A stretch of 63,780 nucleotides of DNA, filler included, from Chiloscyllium plagiosum (taxonomy: Eukaryota): NCBI RefSeq assembly GCF_004010195.1. It is 4 parts of one record of this genome, joined end to end, with 100 filler letters (N's around TTAATTAATTAA, not from the genome) between each part and the next. Parts side by side here need not be neighbours in the genome. Positions count along the whole stretch, not along the records: positions 23,934 to 41,991 come from NC_057711.1; positions 42,092 to 60,531 come from NC_057711.1; 2 more parts are not named here. One strand, 5' to 3'. A program made the translations under genes and the position numbers. The first letter of the stretch is position 1; each line of letters starts with the position of its first letter. This document shows positions 38,101 to 50,100 of this stretch, in pieces. The notes under the pieces are model-generated. The model was given only the letters and a program-made list of their open reading frames with translations. It did not search any database and was not told the DNA's origin.

Positions 38101-41100
38101 TCGGTATGGACTTGTTGGGCTGAAGGACCTCTTTCCACACTGTAGGGAATCTAATCTAGTCTAAACTCCATTTGCCATTTCTCAGCCCACTTCTCCAGCT
38201 AATCATAGTCCTGCTGCAATTTCTGATAACCTTCCTCACTGTCCATGATACCGCCGATTTTAGTGTCATCTTCCTAACCATGCCTTGTACATTCTCATCC
38301 AAATCATTGATATAGATAACAAACAGCAATGGGCCCAGCACCGACCCCTGAGGCACTCCACTAGTCACTGGCCTCCAGTCCAACCAGCACCCTCTGCTTC
38401 CTACCATCAAGCCAATGGTATATCCAATTTGCCAGCTCCCCCTGGATTCCATATGATCTAACCTTCCAGAACAGCCTACCATGTGGAACCTTATTAAAGG
38501 CCTTATTGAAATCCATATAGACTACATCTACCACCCTGCCCTCGTCAACCTTCCGGTCACTTCATCAAAAAACTCTTAACAAATTTGTGAGACATGATCT
38601 CCCACGCACAAAGCCATGCTGACTACTCCTCATCAAACCCTGTCTTTCCAATTGCATATATATCTTATCTCTCCGAATCGTCTCAAGTAACTTACCCACC
38701 AGAGACATTAGGCTTACTTGTCTATAGTTCCCAGGATTTTCTTTGCAGCCCTTCTTGAATAAAGGCACAGCATTCGCTACCCTCCAGTCTTCCAGGACCT
38801 CACTCATGGCTAACAGTGATGCAAAAATAGCAGCCAGGGCCCCCACAGTGTTCTTGGATATACCTGGTCAGTACCAGGAGATTTATCCACCTTCATATAT
38901 TCTAATACATCCAACATTTCTACTGTGATATGGACTGTCCCCAAGATATCGCCACTAACTCCTTCAAGTTCCCAAGTCTTCATGTTTTTCTCCACGGTAA
39001 ACACAGTGGAGAAATATTCATCGAGGACCTCGCCCATCTCCTGCTGTTCTACACCTACATATCCACTTTGATCTTTGAGGGGTCTTATTGTCTTGTCTAA
39101 TTATTCTTTTTCCTTTAATATACTTGAAGAACCTCTTTGGATTCACCCTAATCTTCTTAGCCAAGGCTATCTTGTGCCCTCTTTTTGCCCTCCTGATTTC
39201 CTTCTTCAGTAAACTCCTGTATCCCCTATATACCTCCAGGATTCCCTTGATCCCAGCTGCCTGTACGTGAGCCATGTTTCTGTCTTTATTCTGGTCAGTG
39301 CCTCAATATCTCTTCTCATCCAGTGTTTCCTATTCTTGCCAATCTTGCCCATCACCATCACGCCATATAGATCTCAAACTCGAGCTATCTCATTTTAAAA
39401 GGCCCCCTACTTGCTGGAGGTCCCATTGTCTGCAAACAAACTGCTCCAATCAACCCCCGCAAGCTCCTGTCTAATTCCATCAATAGTCACCCTGCCCCAA
39501 TTTAGAACTTGATCCTGTGGTCCAGGTTTGTCCCTCTCCATAGCTATTTTAACATTAATAGAACTATGATCACTGGTCCCAAAGTGTTCCCCCACTGTCA
39601 CCTCCATCACCTGTCCTGCCCTATTTCTCAAGAGTAGATTGAACTTTGTCCCTTCCTGTGTAGGACCCTCTATGCACTGCTTGAGGAAATGTTCCTGAAC
39701 ACCTTTAACAAATTCCACCCCATCTGAGCCCTTAACACTGTGGCAGTCTCAGTCTATATTAGGGAAGTTAAAATCCCCTACTGTGAAAACCCTATTGCTC
39801 CTGCAAGTCTCCACAATCTCCCTTCACATTTGTTCCTCCACTTCCTGTTGACTATTTGGGGACCTATAGTACAATTGACGTTTCGGGCATAAGCCCTTCT
39901 TCAGGAATTCCTGAAGGAGGGCTTATGCCCGAAACGTCGATTCTCCTGTTCCCTGGATGCTGCTTGACCTGCTGCGTTTTTCCAGCAACACATTTTCAGC
40001 TCTGATCTCCAGCATCTGCAGCCCTCACTTTCTCCTCGACCTATAGTACAACCCCAGCAACATTACCATCCTTTTATTATCTCTGAGCTCCACCCACAAA
40101 GCCTCACTGGATGATGCTCCAGTTATTTCGTCTCTGATCACTGCTTTGATACTCATCCTAATCAAAACTGTAACTCCCTCTCCCCTCCTTCCACCGCCTC
40201 TGACCCACCTAAAGCACCTTTACTCTGGCACATTAAGCTGCCAGTCTTGTCCCTCCCTTAGCCAGGTTTCTGTAATGGGTATAATATCTCAGTCCCACAC
40301 ACCCCTCCATGCCCTGAGATCATCGGCCTTACCTGTCAGCCCTCTTGCATTGAAATATGCGCTATTGAATCCAGCAGGCATTCCTTACTCCCTGTCATGT
40401 TCCAGCCAGACCTGTCTCTTTGCTTTACCATTTCTGATTATTCTATCTCCATCCGGCCTCGCACTTGCCTCCCTGCTGTTGAGGATCCCACCTCCCTGCT
40501 CATCTAGTTTAAACCCTCCCTTGCAGCACTAGCAAAGCTGGCTGCCAAGATATTGGTCCCCTCAAGCTCAGATGCAATCTGTCCCTCTTGAACAGGTCAC
40601 CTCTGCCCTAGAAAAGGTCCCAATGATCTAAGAATCTGCATCCCTGGCCCCGCACCAATTCTTTAGCCATGTATTCATCTGCCATATCCTCCTGTTCTTA
40701 CCCTCACTAGCACACGGCACTGGAGGTAATCCAGAGATTATTACCATTGAGGTCCTGGTTTCTAACATTTTCCTAAATCTCTATCATCATTCTGCAGGAC
40801 TTTGTCCCTACTTCTACCATATCTACCAGCAGAGAGCGGCATGAGGCAGCAGAGAGCGGCGTGAGCTGGGCGGAAGTGAAGTCGGAGTGCAGAGCTGGTC
40901 GGGAAGGTAAATGATTGTTATTTGAGTGGAGAAGGAACCCAAGACACTACACGTGTAGTGTCTCCCACCCTCCCTCCTCCTCTAACCTAAAAAAAAGGAC
41001 TCAGTCGGCTGAACAGGTAAGCTTGTTTTGGAAACTAAGTGTAGAGTTACGGCAGCGCAGGCAGGGGAATGTTCCTCCTGCAGGATGTTTGAGGTAGGGG

Positions 41101-44100
41101 TGACCACCGATACTCCTGCCGACTTCGTCTGCAGGAAATGCAGTCAGCTCCAGCTCCTCACAGACTGCTTTAGGGAACTGGAGCTAGAGTTGGATGAACT
41201 GAGGATTATTCGAGAGGCTGACAGGGTGATAGAAGCTCTAGGGACATTGTTACATCAGAGAACAGAGGTAGCTGGGTAACAGTTAGAGGTGGGAAGGGGA
41301 GGAAGCAGGCAGTGCAGGGATCCCCTGTAGTTGTTCCCCTCAACAATAAGTATACCGCTTTGGATACTGTTGGTGGGGAATGGCCTAGCAGGGGTAAGCT
41401 GCAGTGACCGGGTCTGTGGCGCGAGGTCTGGCTCTGAGACTCAGAAGGGAAAGGGGGAGAGGAGGAGAGCGCTAGTAATAGGAGACTCTCTAGTTAGAGG
41501 GACGGACAGGCGGTTCTGTGGACATGGGCGAGACTCTTGGTTGGTTTGTTGCTTCCCGGGTGCCAGGGTCTGAGACGTCTCGGACCGTGTCTTCAGAATC
41601 CTTAAGGGGGTGGGTATGCAGCCAGAAGTCGTGGTGCACATTGGCACCAACGACATAGGTAGGAAGAGGGGTGGGGAGGTCATTCAAGAGCTCAGGGAGT
41701 TAGGCTGAAAGCTAAAAGCTAGGACAGACAGAGTCGTCACCTCTGGGTCATCTCATGTGCTGGTGCCACGTGACAGCGAGGCAAGGAATAGGGAGAGAGT
41801 GCAGTTGAACATGTGGCTGCAAGGATGGTGTAGGAGGGAGGGCTTCAGGTATTTGGACAATTGGACTGCATTCTGGGGAAGGTGGGACCTGTACAAACAG
41901 GACGGGTTGCACCTGAACCAGAAGGGCACCAATATCCTGGGAAGTAGGTTTGCTAGCACTCTTTGGGGGGGTTTAAACTAATTTGGCAGGGNNNNNNNNN
42001 NNNNNNNNNNNNNNNNNNNNNNNNNNNNNNNNNNNTTAATTAATTAANNNNNNNNNNNNNNNNNNNNNNNNNNNNNNNNNNNNNNNNNNNNTGGATGAGG
42101 GTCGAGCAGTGGATGTAGTGTACATGGATTTTAGTAAGGCATTTGATAAGGTTCCCCATGGTAGGCTTATGCGGAAAGTCAGGAGGCATGGGATAGAGGG
42201 AAATTTGGCCAATTGGATAGAAAACTGGCTAACTGGTCGAAGTCGGAGAGTGGTGGTAGATGGTAAATATTCAGCCTGGAGCCCAGTTACAAGTGGAGTT
42301 CCGCAGGGATCAGTTCTGGGTCCTCTGCTGTTTGTAATTTTTATTAATGACTTAGATGAGGGAGTCGAAGGGTGGGTCAGTAAATTTGGAGATGATACGA
42401 AGATAGGTGGAGTTGTGGACAGTGAGGAGGGCTGTTGTTGGCTGCAGAGGGACTTAGATATGATGCAGAGCTGGGCTGAGGAGTGGCAGATGGATTTCAA
42501 CCCTGCCAAGTGTGAGGTTGTCCATTTTGGAAGAACAAATAAGAATGCGGAATACAGGGTTAATGGTAGGGTTCTTGGTCAGGTGGAGGAACAGAGGGAT
42601 CTTGGGGTGTATGTACATAGATCTTTGAAGGTTGCTACTCAGGTGGATAGAGTTTGTAAGAAGGCCTATGGGGTATTATCGTTCATTAGCAGAGGGATTG
42701 AATTCAAGAGTCGTGAGGTGATGTTGCAGCTGTACAGGACTTTGGTTAGGCCACATTTGGAGTACTGTGTGCAGTTCTGGTCGCCTCACTTTAGGAAAGA
42801 TGTGGAAGCTTTGGAGAAGTTGCAGAGGAGATTTACCAGAATGTTGCCTGGAATGGAGAATAGGTCGTACGAGGATAGGTTGAGAGTGCGAGGCCTTTTC
42901 TCATTGGAAGGGCGCAGGATGAGGGGTGACTTGATAGAGGTTTATAAGATGATCAGGGGAATAGATAGAGTAGACAGTCAGAGCCTTTTTCCCCGGGTAC
43001 AACAGAGTGTTACAAGGGGACATAAATTTAAGGTGAAGGGTGGAAGGTATAGGGGGGATGTCAGGGGTAGGTTCTTTACCCAGAGAGTGGTGGGGGCATG
43101 GAATGTGCTGCCTGTGGGAGTGGCAGAGTCAGAATCATTGGTGGCCTTTAAGCGGCAATTGGATAGGTACATGGATGGGTGCTTGAGCTAGGACAAATGT
43201 TCGGCACAACATCGTGGGCCAAAGGGCCTGTTCTATGCTATATTGTACTAATGTTCTATGTTCTATGTCATTTGTGCCAATGTGCACAATGACTTCTGGC
43301 TGCTCAGCCTCCTCCTTGAGAAAATTCTGCAGCCACTTGGAGACACCCTAGACCCTGGCACCGGGGAGGCAACACACCATCCTGGATTCCTGTTTGTGGC
43401 CACAGAATCTCCTGCTGTCCCTGTAACTATTGAGTCTGTTATCACTAAGGTCCAGTTTACCTTTGCCCTTTCCCGCCGTGCCCCAGAGCCATAGTGCCAC
43501 CACCCTGGTTACTGCTGCTTTCCCCTGAACATCATTCCCCCCAACACTATCCAAATCGGTATACTGGTTTTCGAGGGGAATTGCCACAGAGGATTCCTGC
43601 ATTCTCTGCCTACTCCCTTAGCCTTTCCTGGTGGTCACCTAGCTACTCTCTGCCTGCACTTTTAGGTGTAAAAATAAAACTCTCAGCTGTGATGTTCTCT
43701 ACACCCCAGATAATCCTGCGTGCATCCAGCTTCAGCTCCAGTTCCCTAACACGGTCTCCTAGGAGCTGCATGAGCTAGGGTGCACTTCTCACAGGTATAG
43801 CCTTCAGGGACAATGGAAGTCTCCCTGAGTCCCACATCCTGCAGGAGAAACATGCAACTGCGTTAACTGCCATCTTGACTGATGTAAACTGACCAGGAAA
43901 GTTAAAAGGACTTTACTTGAGCTTACCTGGACGTTTTGCTGAGCCACTACTTATTCTGCTACCAAAAATATTTTCTGATCACATGTCTTTCTAGCCTCCC
44001 CTCTTTATTTTTTTCTTGGTTGAAGGAGGAGCAAGGAAACATTATAGTGATATAGTGTTTGGGCCTTAAGTACTCCTTGATACCAAGCCTGTGACGATTG

Positions 44101-47100
44101 GTCCTTCAGTGCAGGTGACTGCTGCCAAAATGAAATCTATGCACCAAAGTGATGCCTCTCCTCTTGGTCACCCTCTGAATTGAATTGAATTGAATTGAGT
44201 TTATTGTCATGTATACGGAGGCACATTAAAAAGCTTTGTCTTGTGAGAAATACAGGCAGTTCACAGAGTTAAGTAGCATAGATAGTAAATAATAGGTAAA
44301 CAGCAAAACCAAAAACACAGGTACAGGCGAATGCTAAGAGTTTGTGAGTCCATTCAGTATTCTAGCGACAGTAGGGTAGAAACTGTTTTGAAACCGGCTG
44401 GTGTGTGTGTTCAGGCTTCTGTACCTTCTCCCCGATGGTAGTGGTTGTAGAAAAACATTTTCAGGATGGGTTGGATCTTTGAGAATGCTGGCGGCCTTTC
44501 CTTGACAGCGGGCCTGGTAGATGTATTCTATAGATGGGAGGTTGGCTTTTGTGATTATCCAGGCCGAGTTTCCCACTCTCTGTAACTGTCTCCGATCTCA
44601 AATTGTACAGTTGCCATACCAGGTAGTGATACATCCAGACAGAATGCTCTCGATGGCACACCTATAAAAGTTGGCAAGGATATTTGCCGAAATTCCAAAT
44701 TTCCTCAGCTGCCTGAGGAAGAAGAGACATTCTTAGGCCTTTGTAACCAGTCCGTCCATATGAAGAGTCCAAGAAAGCTTGTTGTGGATGACCACTCCCA
44801 GGATCTTCACACTCTCCACTCGTTCCACCTCTGTGCCGTTAATGTGTAGTGGGGGCATGACTAACATCCCGCCGAAGTACTCTGCTGGAGTACTTCCACT
44901 ATTCCAACTATCTGTTTCCCTAGCCATGTCAATAAATTACCTCCAATATCCGGAACTTTAATTTTCCTTACTAGTATTTTGTTTGGACCTTTTTGCAAGT
45001 CTCGATACACAACATCCACTCATTCAGCTTTGTCCACGCGACTGATCACATCTTTAAAAAATTCCAGAAGATTTGTCAGGCACGAGTTCCCTTTAGAGAA
45101 TCCATGCTGACTTGGATCAATCAATTCTATCATCACTTTCCAACTTTCAGTTATTACATCCTTAATAATTGACTCCCAGCATTTCCCCACCACCAATGTC
45201 AGACTAACCAGCCTGTAATTCCCCATTTTCCCTCTATCCCTCTTTTGTTTGTCAAAAATCACACAACACCAGGTTATAGTCCAACAGATTTAATTGGAAA
45301 CACACCAGCTTTCGAAGCGCTGTTCCTTCATCAGGACAACCACCTGATGAAGGAGCGTCGCTCCGAAAGCTAGTGTGCTTCCAATTAAACCTGTTGGATT
45401 ATAACCTGGTGTTGTGTGATTTTTAACTTTGTACACCCCAATCCAACACCAGCATCTCCAAATCATGAATCCATGTAAGATTCTGTTAATTAATTTTTTA
45501 GATTAGAATCAGTCTAAACATTATGGAACAGATAGCAGCACACAGGGGGCTAACACCTTCAACACATTATCTAGGCTGACACCAATTGTTAAAGTGCACC
45601 TGAGATGTAACTTGTAAAAAACATTTTGCAATTTACATATGAAAGAACTGCAACTAACATGGTCAGGTACATCACACTGTAAACTTTTGCTATAAATTCT
45701 GTGTCTTACAACTGTGTCCTCCACAGCCACCTGATGAAGGAGCAGCACTCTGAAAGCTAGTGCTTCCAAATAACCTCTTGGACTATAACCTGGTGTTGTG
45801 ATTTTTAACCCCAGTCCAACACCAGCATCTCCAAATCCTTTTCGTTTGGACACCAATAGATTACTTCCACGAGTGACTTCTTTTGCCTGTTATCTCTAAC
45901 CTTTATCTTTCTCTTACAATCCCAGATCAGTTCTCACCACCATACTGACCTCTTGCTTTATTAACAGACCTAACCCAGCAACATTTCTTTTCTTCTTGTA
46001 CTTCCAAGTTGTGGAAAAGCCATGCATATTCAGTTCTCAGCCTTTACCACTTTGCAACCATCAGCAGTGGCTATAATGTCATGCTACTTTCTTTCTATTA
46101 TTCTTTTTCAACTCTATGTTTCTATTATTCTTTTTTGCTTTAATTTTTAATTTATGTCCCTGATTGTCACATTCTGGTTTTCATTTCCGGTGTCACTACC
46201 CTGTACTTTGCCTTGACATTTCTCGATAATTTTCCAAGTCTGTCCCAGTATAAACCTATGCCCCCACCCCCACCCTCCCATTGTTTAATTTAAATCCCTC
46301 TCTTTGTATTCTAGTCCAGGCCTCACTCCATGGCTGCACTTTCCTCTGTACTGGTGCCAGTGCTGAATAAATTGAAGCCCAATTCTTCTACACTAGATTT
46401 TAATCTACAAACACAGTCCTAATCTTACTTGGTCAAAGCCAGTTTGCTCATGCCTCGAGTAGTAATTTTAATTTCATCCCTAATTGCCCATATTCCCTTT
46501 GGCAGAACTAAGAAACAGGTTCTGTGATATTGTCGCTACCTCATTAATATTGGCAACTGGATCCCTCCCCTCCCACTCCAAGTTCCTCTCCAGCTCTCAG
46601 AAATGTTCTGGTATCAGCAGGCAACACAGGCTTCACAATTCATGCTCTCAACTGGACAGAACTTTATTTGTTCCCTTAACTATACTTTTCACAATACTAC
46701 ATTCCTTTTTCTTTCCCAACTTCAAGGCCCCTGTGACATTGTGCTATGGCCAGCTTGCTCATCTTCTCTGCAGTCCCTGCTCTCACCCACACAGGCTGTA
46801 AGTACATTCAATCTGTTGGACAAGTACAAGGTCTGAGACCCTTCGAGCTACTTCTGGATCTTGACAACTGACCTAATCATTAGTTACACTTTCCTGACCC
46901 TCACCATCAACTGAATCTGATTAACATAGATACTTGGAGACAGTAAGGACTGCAGATGCTGGAAGCTAGAGTCAATAGATGTGGAGCTGGAAAAGCATAG
47001 CAGGTCAGACAGCATGAAGGGTTTTGGCCCATAACATTGAATTTCCTTCTCCTCGGATGCTGTCTAACCTGCTGTGCTTTTGCAGCTTCACATCTATTAA

Positions 47101-50100
47101 CATAAGAGTTACACTTACATTAAGAAGTGGAAAAATACTTTAAAAGATTTGCAGGACTATTGAGAAAGAACAAATGTGTAGGAATAATTGGAAAACTCTC
47201 TGAAAAGAATTCAATGCTGTCTTTGTTTGCTTTGAAAGTGGAAGTACTATAAATGAAAATCAAGATTTAGCTTACTTGCACACAGGCGACAGCAAACGTC
47301 CTCAGATGACAAAACCATACCTCCAGCCTGATAGGGAAAACACAGAGAGTTAAACACAAAATAATGTGGTTATCTTTCTCAATACTTACAATCTTACACT
47401 TTACATGGAATCAGAGACGACTAGAGAACAATAAAGGGTGAAGATTTACAATGAGGAAGGACAATGTTGGGCTATAATGTTGCTGAATATTGATTGATAC
47501 CCGGATTAGTTCATTTTAGAAGAAAAAAATAATTGCCTTAAAAGGAGTTTAACTGCATTTTAGGCATAATGTCCTCAGTGCACTCAAAGCACACTTGGTA
47601 GACCCAATAGTAAACATTGCTTTGACTGCCTGATTGATTGATTTATTGTCGTGTGTACCCAAGTACAATGAATAGCTTTGTTTATGAGCAGTACAGGCAG
47701 ATCATAGTAAGCAAGGATGCACAGATCAAAAAGACTTTGAGGCATACAGGTTACATTGCTTATTGAGGCTAATAGCAGTCTAATGACGGCCAGGAAGAAG
47801 CTGTTCCTGAACCTGCTGGTGCATGTGTTCAGGCTTCTGTATCTTCTGCCTGATTGAAGAGGGCAATTGTAGGTCCAGTGATTAAATAAATGCAGTTAAC
47901 CATATTGTTTCTGGGTGACATGTTCCTATTAATAGGAGTGCTTCTAGGCAGTGGTCTTAGTAACCAAAGGGTGCAAAGTTAATTCTTTGAAGAGGTAACA
48001 AGCAGGTTAGACCAGAGAAACCCAGTGGATGTTATCCAACTAGACTTCCAAAAAGCTTTTGATAAGGTGCCTCATTGGAGGGTGCTGAGTAAGGTGAGGG
48101 CCCATGGTATTCGAGGTGAGCTACTGGCATGGATTGAGGATTGGCTGTCTGACAGAAGGCAGAGAGTTGGGATAAGAGGTTCTTTTTCGGAATGGCAGCT
48201 GGTGACAAGTGCTGTCCCGCAGGGTTCAGTGTTGGGGCGCAGCTGTTCACTTCATATATAAATGATTTGGATGAAGGGACTGGGGGCATTCTGGTGAAGT
48301 TTGTCAATGATACGAAGTAGGTGGAGAGGCTGCAGAAAGATTTAGACAGTTTGGGAGAGTGGTCCAGGAAATGGCTGATGAAATTCAATGTGAGCAAATG
48401 CGAGGTCTTGCCCTTTGGTAAAAAGAACACAGGCCTGGACTATTGTTTAAACGGTGAGAAAATCCATAAAGCCAAAGTACAAAGAGATCTGGGAGTGCTA
48501 GTACTGGATTCTCTAAAGGTTGACTTGCAGTTTGAGTCTATGGTTCAGAAAGCAAATGTAATGTCATTTATCTCAAATGATGAGGGTTGGAATGTAAAAG
48601 CAGTGATGTGCTACTGAGACTTTATAAAGCTCTGGTTAGGCCCCATTTAGAATACTGTGTCCAATTATGGGCCCCCACACCTCAGAAAGGACATACTGGC
48701 ACTGGAGCATGTCCAGTGGGGATTCATACGGATCCCTGGAATGGTAGGCCTAACATATGATGAATGGCTATGGATCCTGGGATTGTCTTCATTAGAATTT
48801 AGAAGATTATAGGGAGATCTAATAGAAAGTTACAAGATAATTCATGTCTTAGAAAGGGTGGACACTGGGAAATTGTTTCCAAAAGGTGGGGATTCTAGGA
48901 CCCATGGGCACAGCCTTAGAATTAGAGAGGGTCAATTTAGAATGGAAATGAGGAGACATTTCTGCAGCCACACAGTGGTGGGCCTGTGGAATTCATTGCC
49001 ATGGCGCACAGTAGAGGCTGGGACGTTAAATGTCTTCAAGGCAGAAATTGATAAATTCTTAATCTCGCAAGGAATTAAGGGATACGGGGAGAGTGTGGGT
49101 AAGTGGCACTGAAATGCCCATTGGCCATGATTGAATGGTGGAGTGGACTTGATGGGCTGAATGGCCTTACTTCCACTCCTATTTCTTATGGTCTTATGGT
49201 CTAAAGACTTTGTAATATGGTAATGGTCACTCATGGCCTGATCCATGCAAATGTGACCTGCCTGCATATTACAAAAACCATGCTGCCATACAATAAGTCA
49301 TGAAGTGATTGACTATTGGGGTATTTAAGCAACAGTTCCACTGCCTGAACACAAAACTCAAAGAACCACAGATGCTGGAAATCTGAAACAAAAACAGAAA
49401 TTGCTGGAGAAATTAGCAGGTCTGGCAGCATCTGTGGAGAGAAAGCAAAGCTAATGCTTTGAGGCCAGTGACCCTTCTTCAGAAGTCTCTCAACTAATTC
49501 TGCATATGGGTAAAGACAGTTGTAATGGTAGCAATCTGACCTTGTTTAGCAAGGTGAGCTTGCTTTTGATTTGATTTATGATTGTCACATTTACTGAGAT
49601 ACAGTGAAAAGTATTGTTTTGTGTGTTATCCAGGCAAATCATACCTTACATAAGTACATCAGGGTAACAGAAGAGAATGCAGAATATTGTGTTACAGTTA
49701 CAGAGAAGGTGCAAAGAAAGATCATTTCTAATATATGTTTATAAGTCTGATAACAGCAGGGAAGAAGCAGTTCTTAAAACTGTTAGTATATGTTTTCAAA
49801 CTGTTCTATCTCCTGCTCGCTGGAAAAGGGTAGAAGAGAGTATCACTGGAATTGAAGGGATCTTGGATTATGTTGGCTGATTTTGATTGTGCTGATGATT
49901 GTGAAAGGATACAGCAGGATGGAGATAGACTGGTGACTTGGGCACAGAAATGGCACATGGAGTTGAATCTAGACAAATGCAATGTGATGCATTTTGGAGG
50001 TGTGAATTATACTGTAAATGGGAGAGCCCTTGGAAACATTAACATATGGATGGATCTGGGCATGCAGGACCACAGTTCCCTAAAAGTGGCCACACAGGTG

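Larger units (their letters stand above)
40823..43266 (+). mobile_element. Relatively young CR1: 5'UTR and ORF1, assembly gap, uninterrupted RT C-terminal ORF, 3' tail
   Basis: CSSC...CRKC zinc finger, GDSLVRG/GTND/DGLH esterase; 360-aa stop-free ORF 42109..43191; (atgttct)n tail. Confidence 0.9.
32630..43950 (-). mobile_element. Near full-length old CR1 split by nested insertions (pieces 32630-32775, 37222-40822, 43265-43950)
   Basis: 3' tail, RT, endonuclease, ORF1 and 5' region are collinear across the inserts; the ORF1 VHIGTND region is split at 40822/43265. Confidence 0.8.
45254..45836. mobile_element. Penelope pLTR array: one inverted arm plus two tandem pLTR ends, three hammerhead motifs
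   Basis: 45254-45335 is inverted relative to 45343-45425; direct repeat of the pLTR end at 45340-45463 and 45727-45836. Confidence 0.8.
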
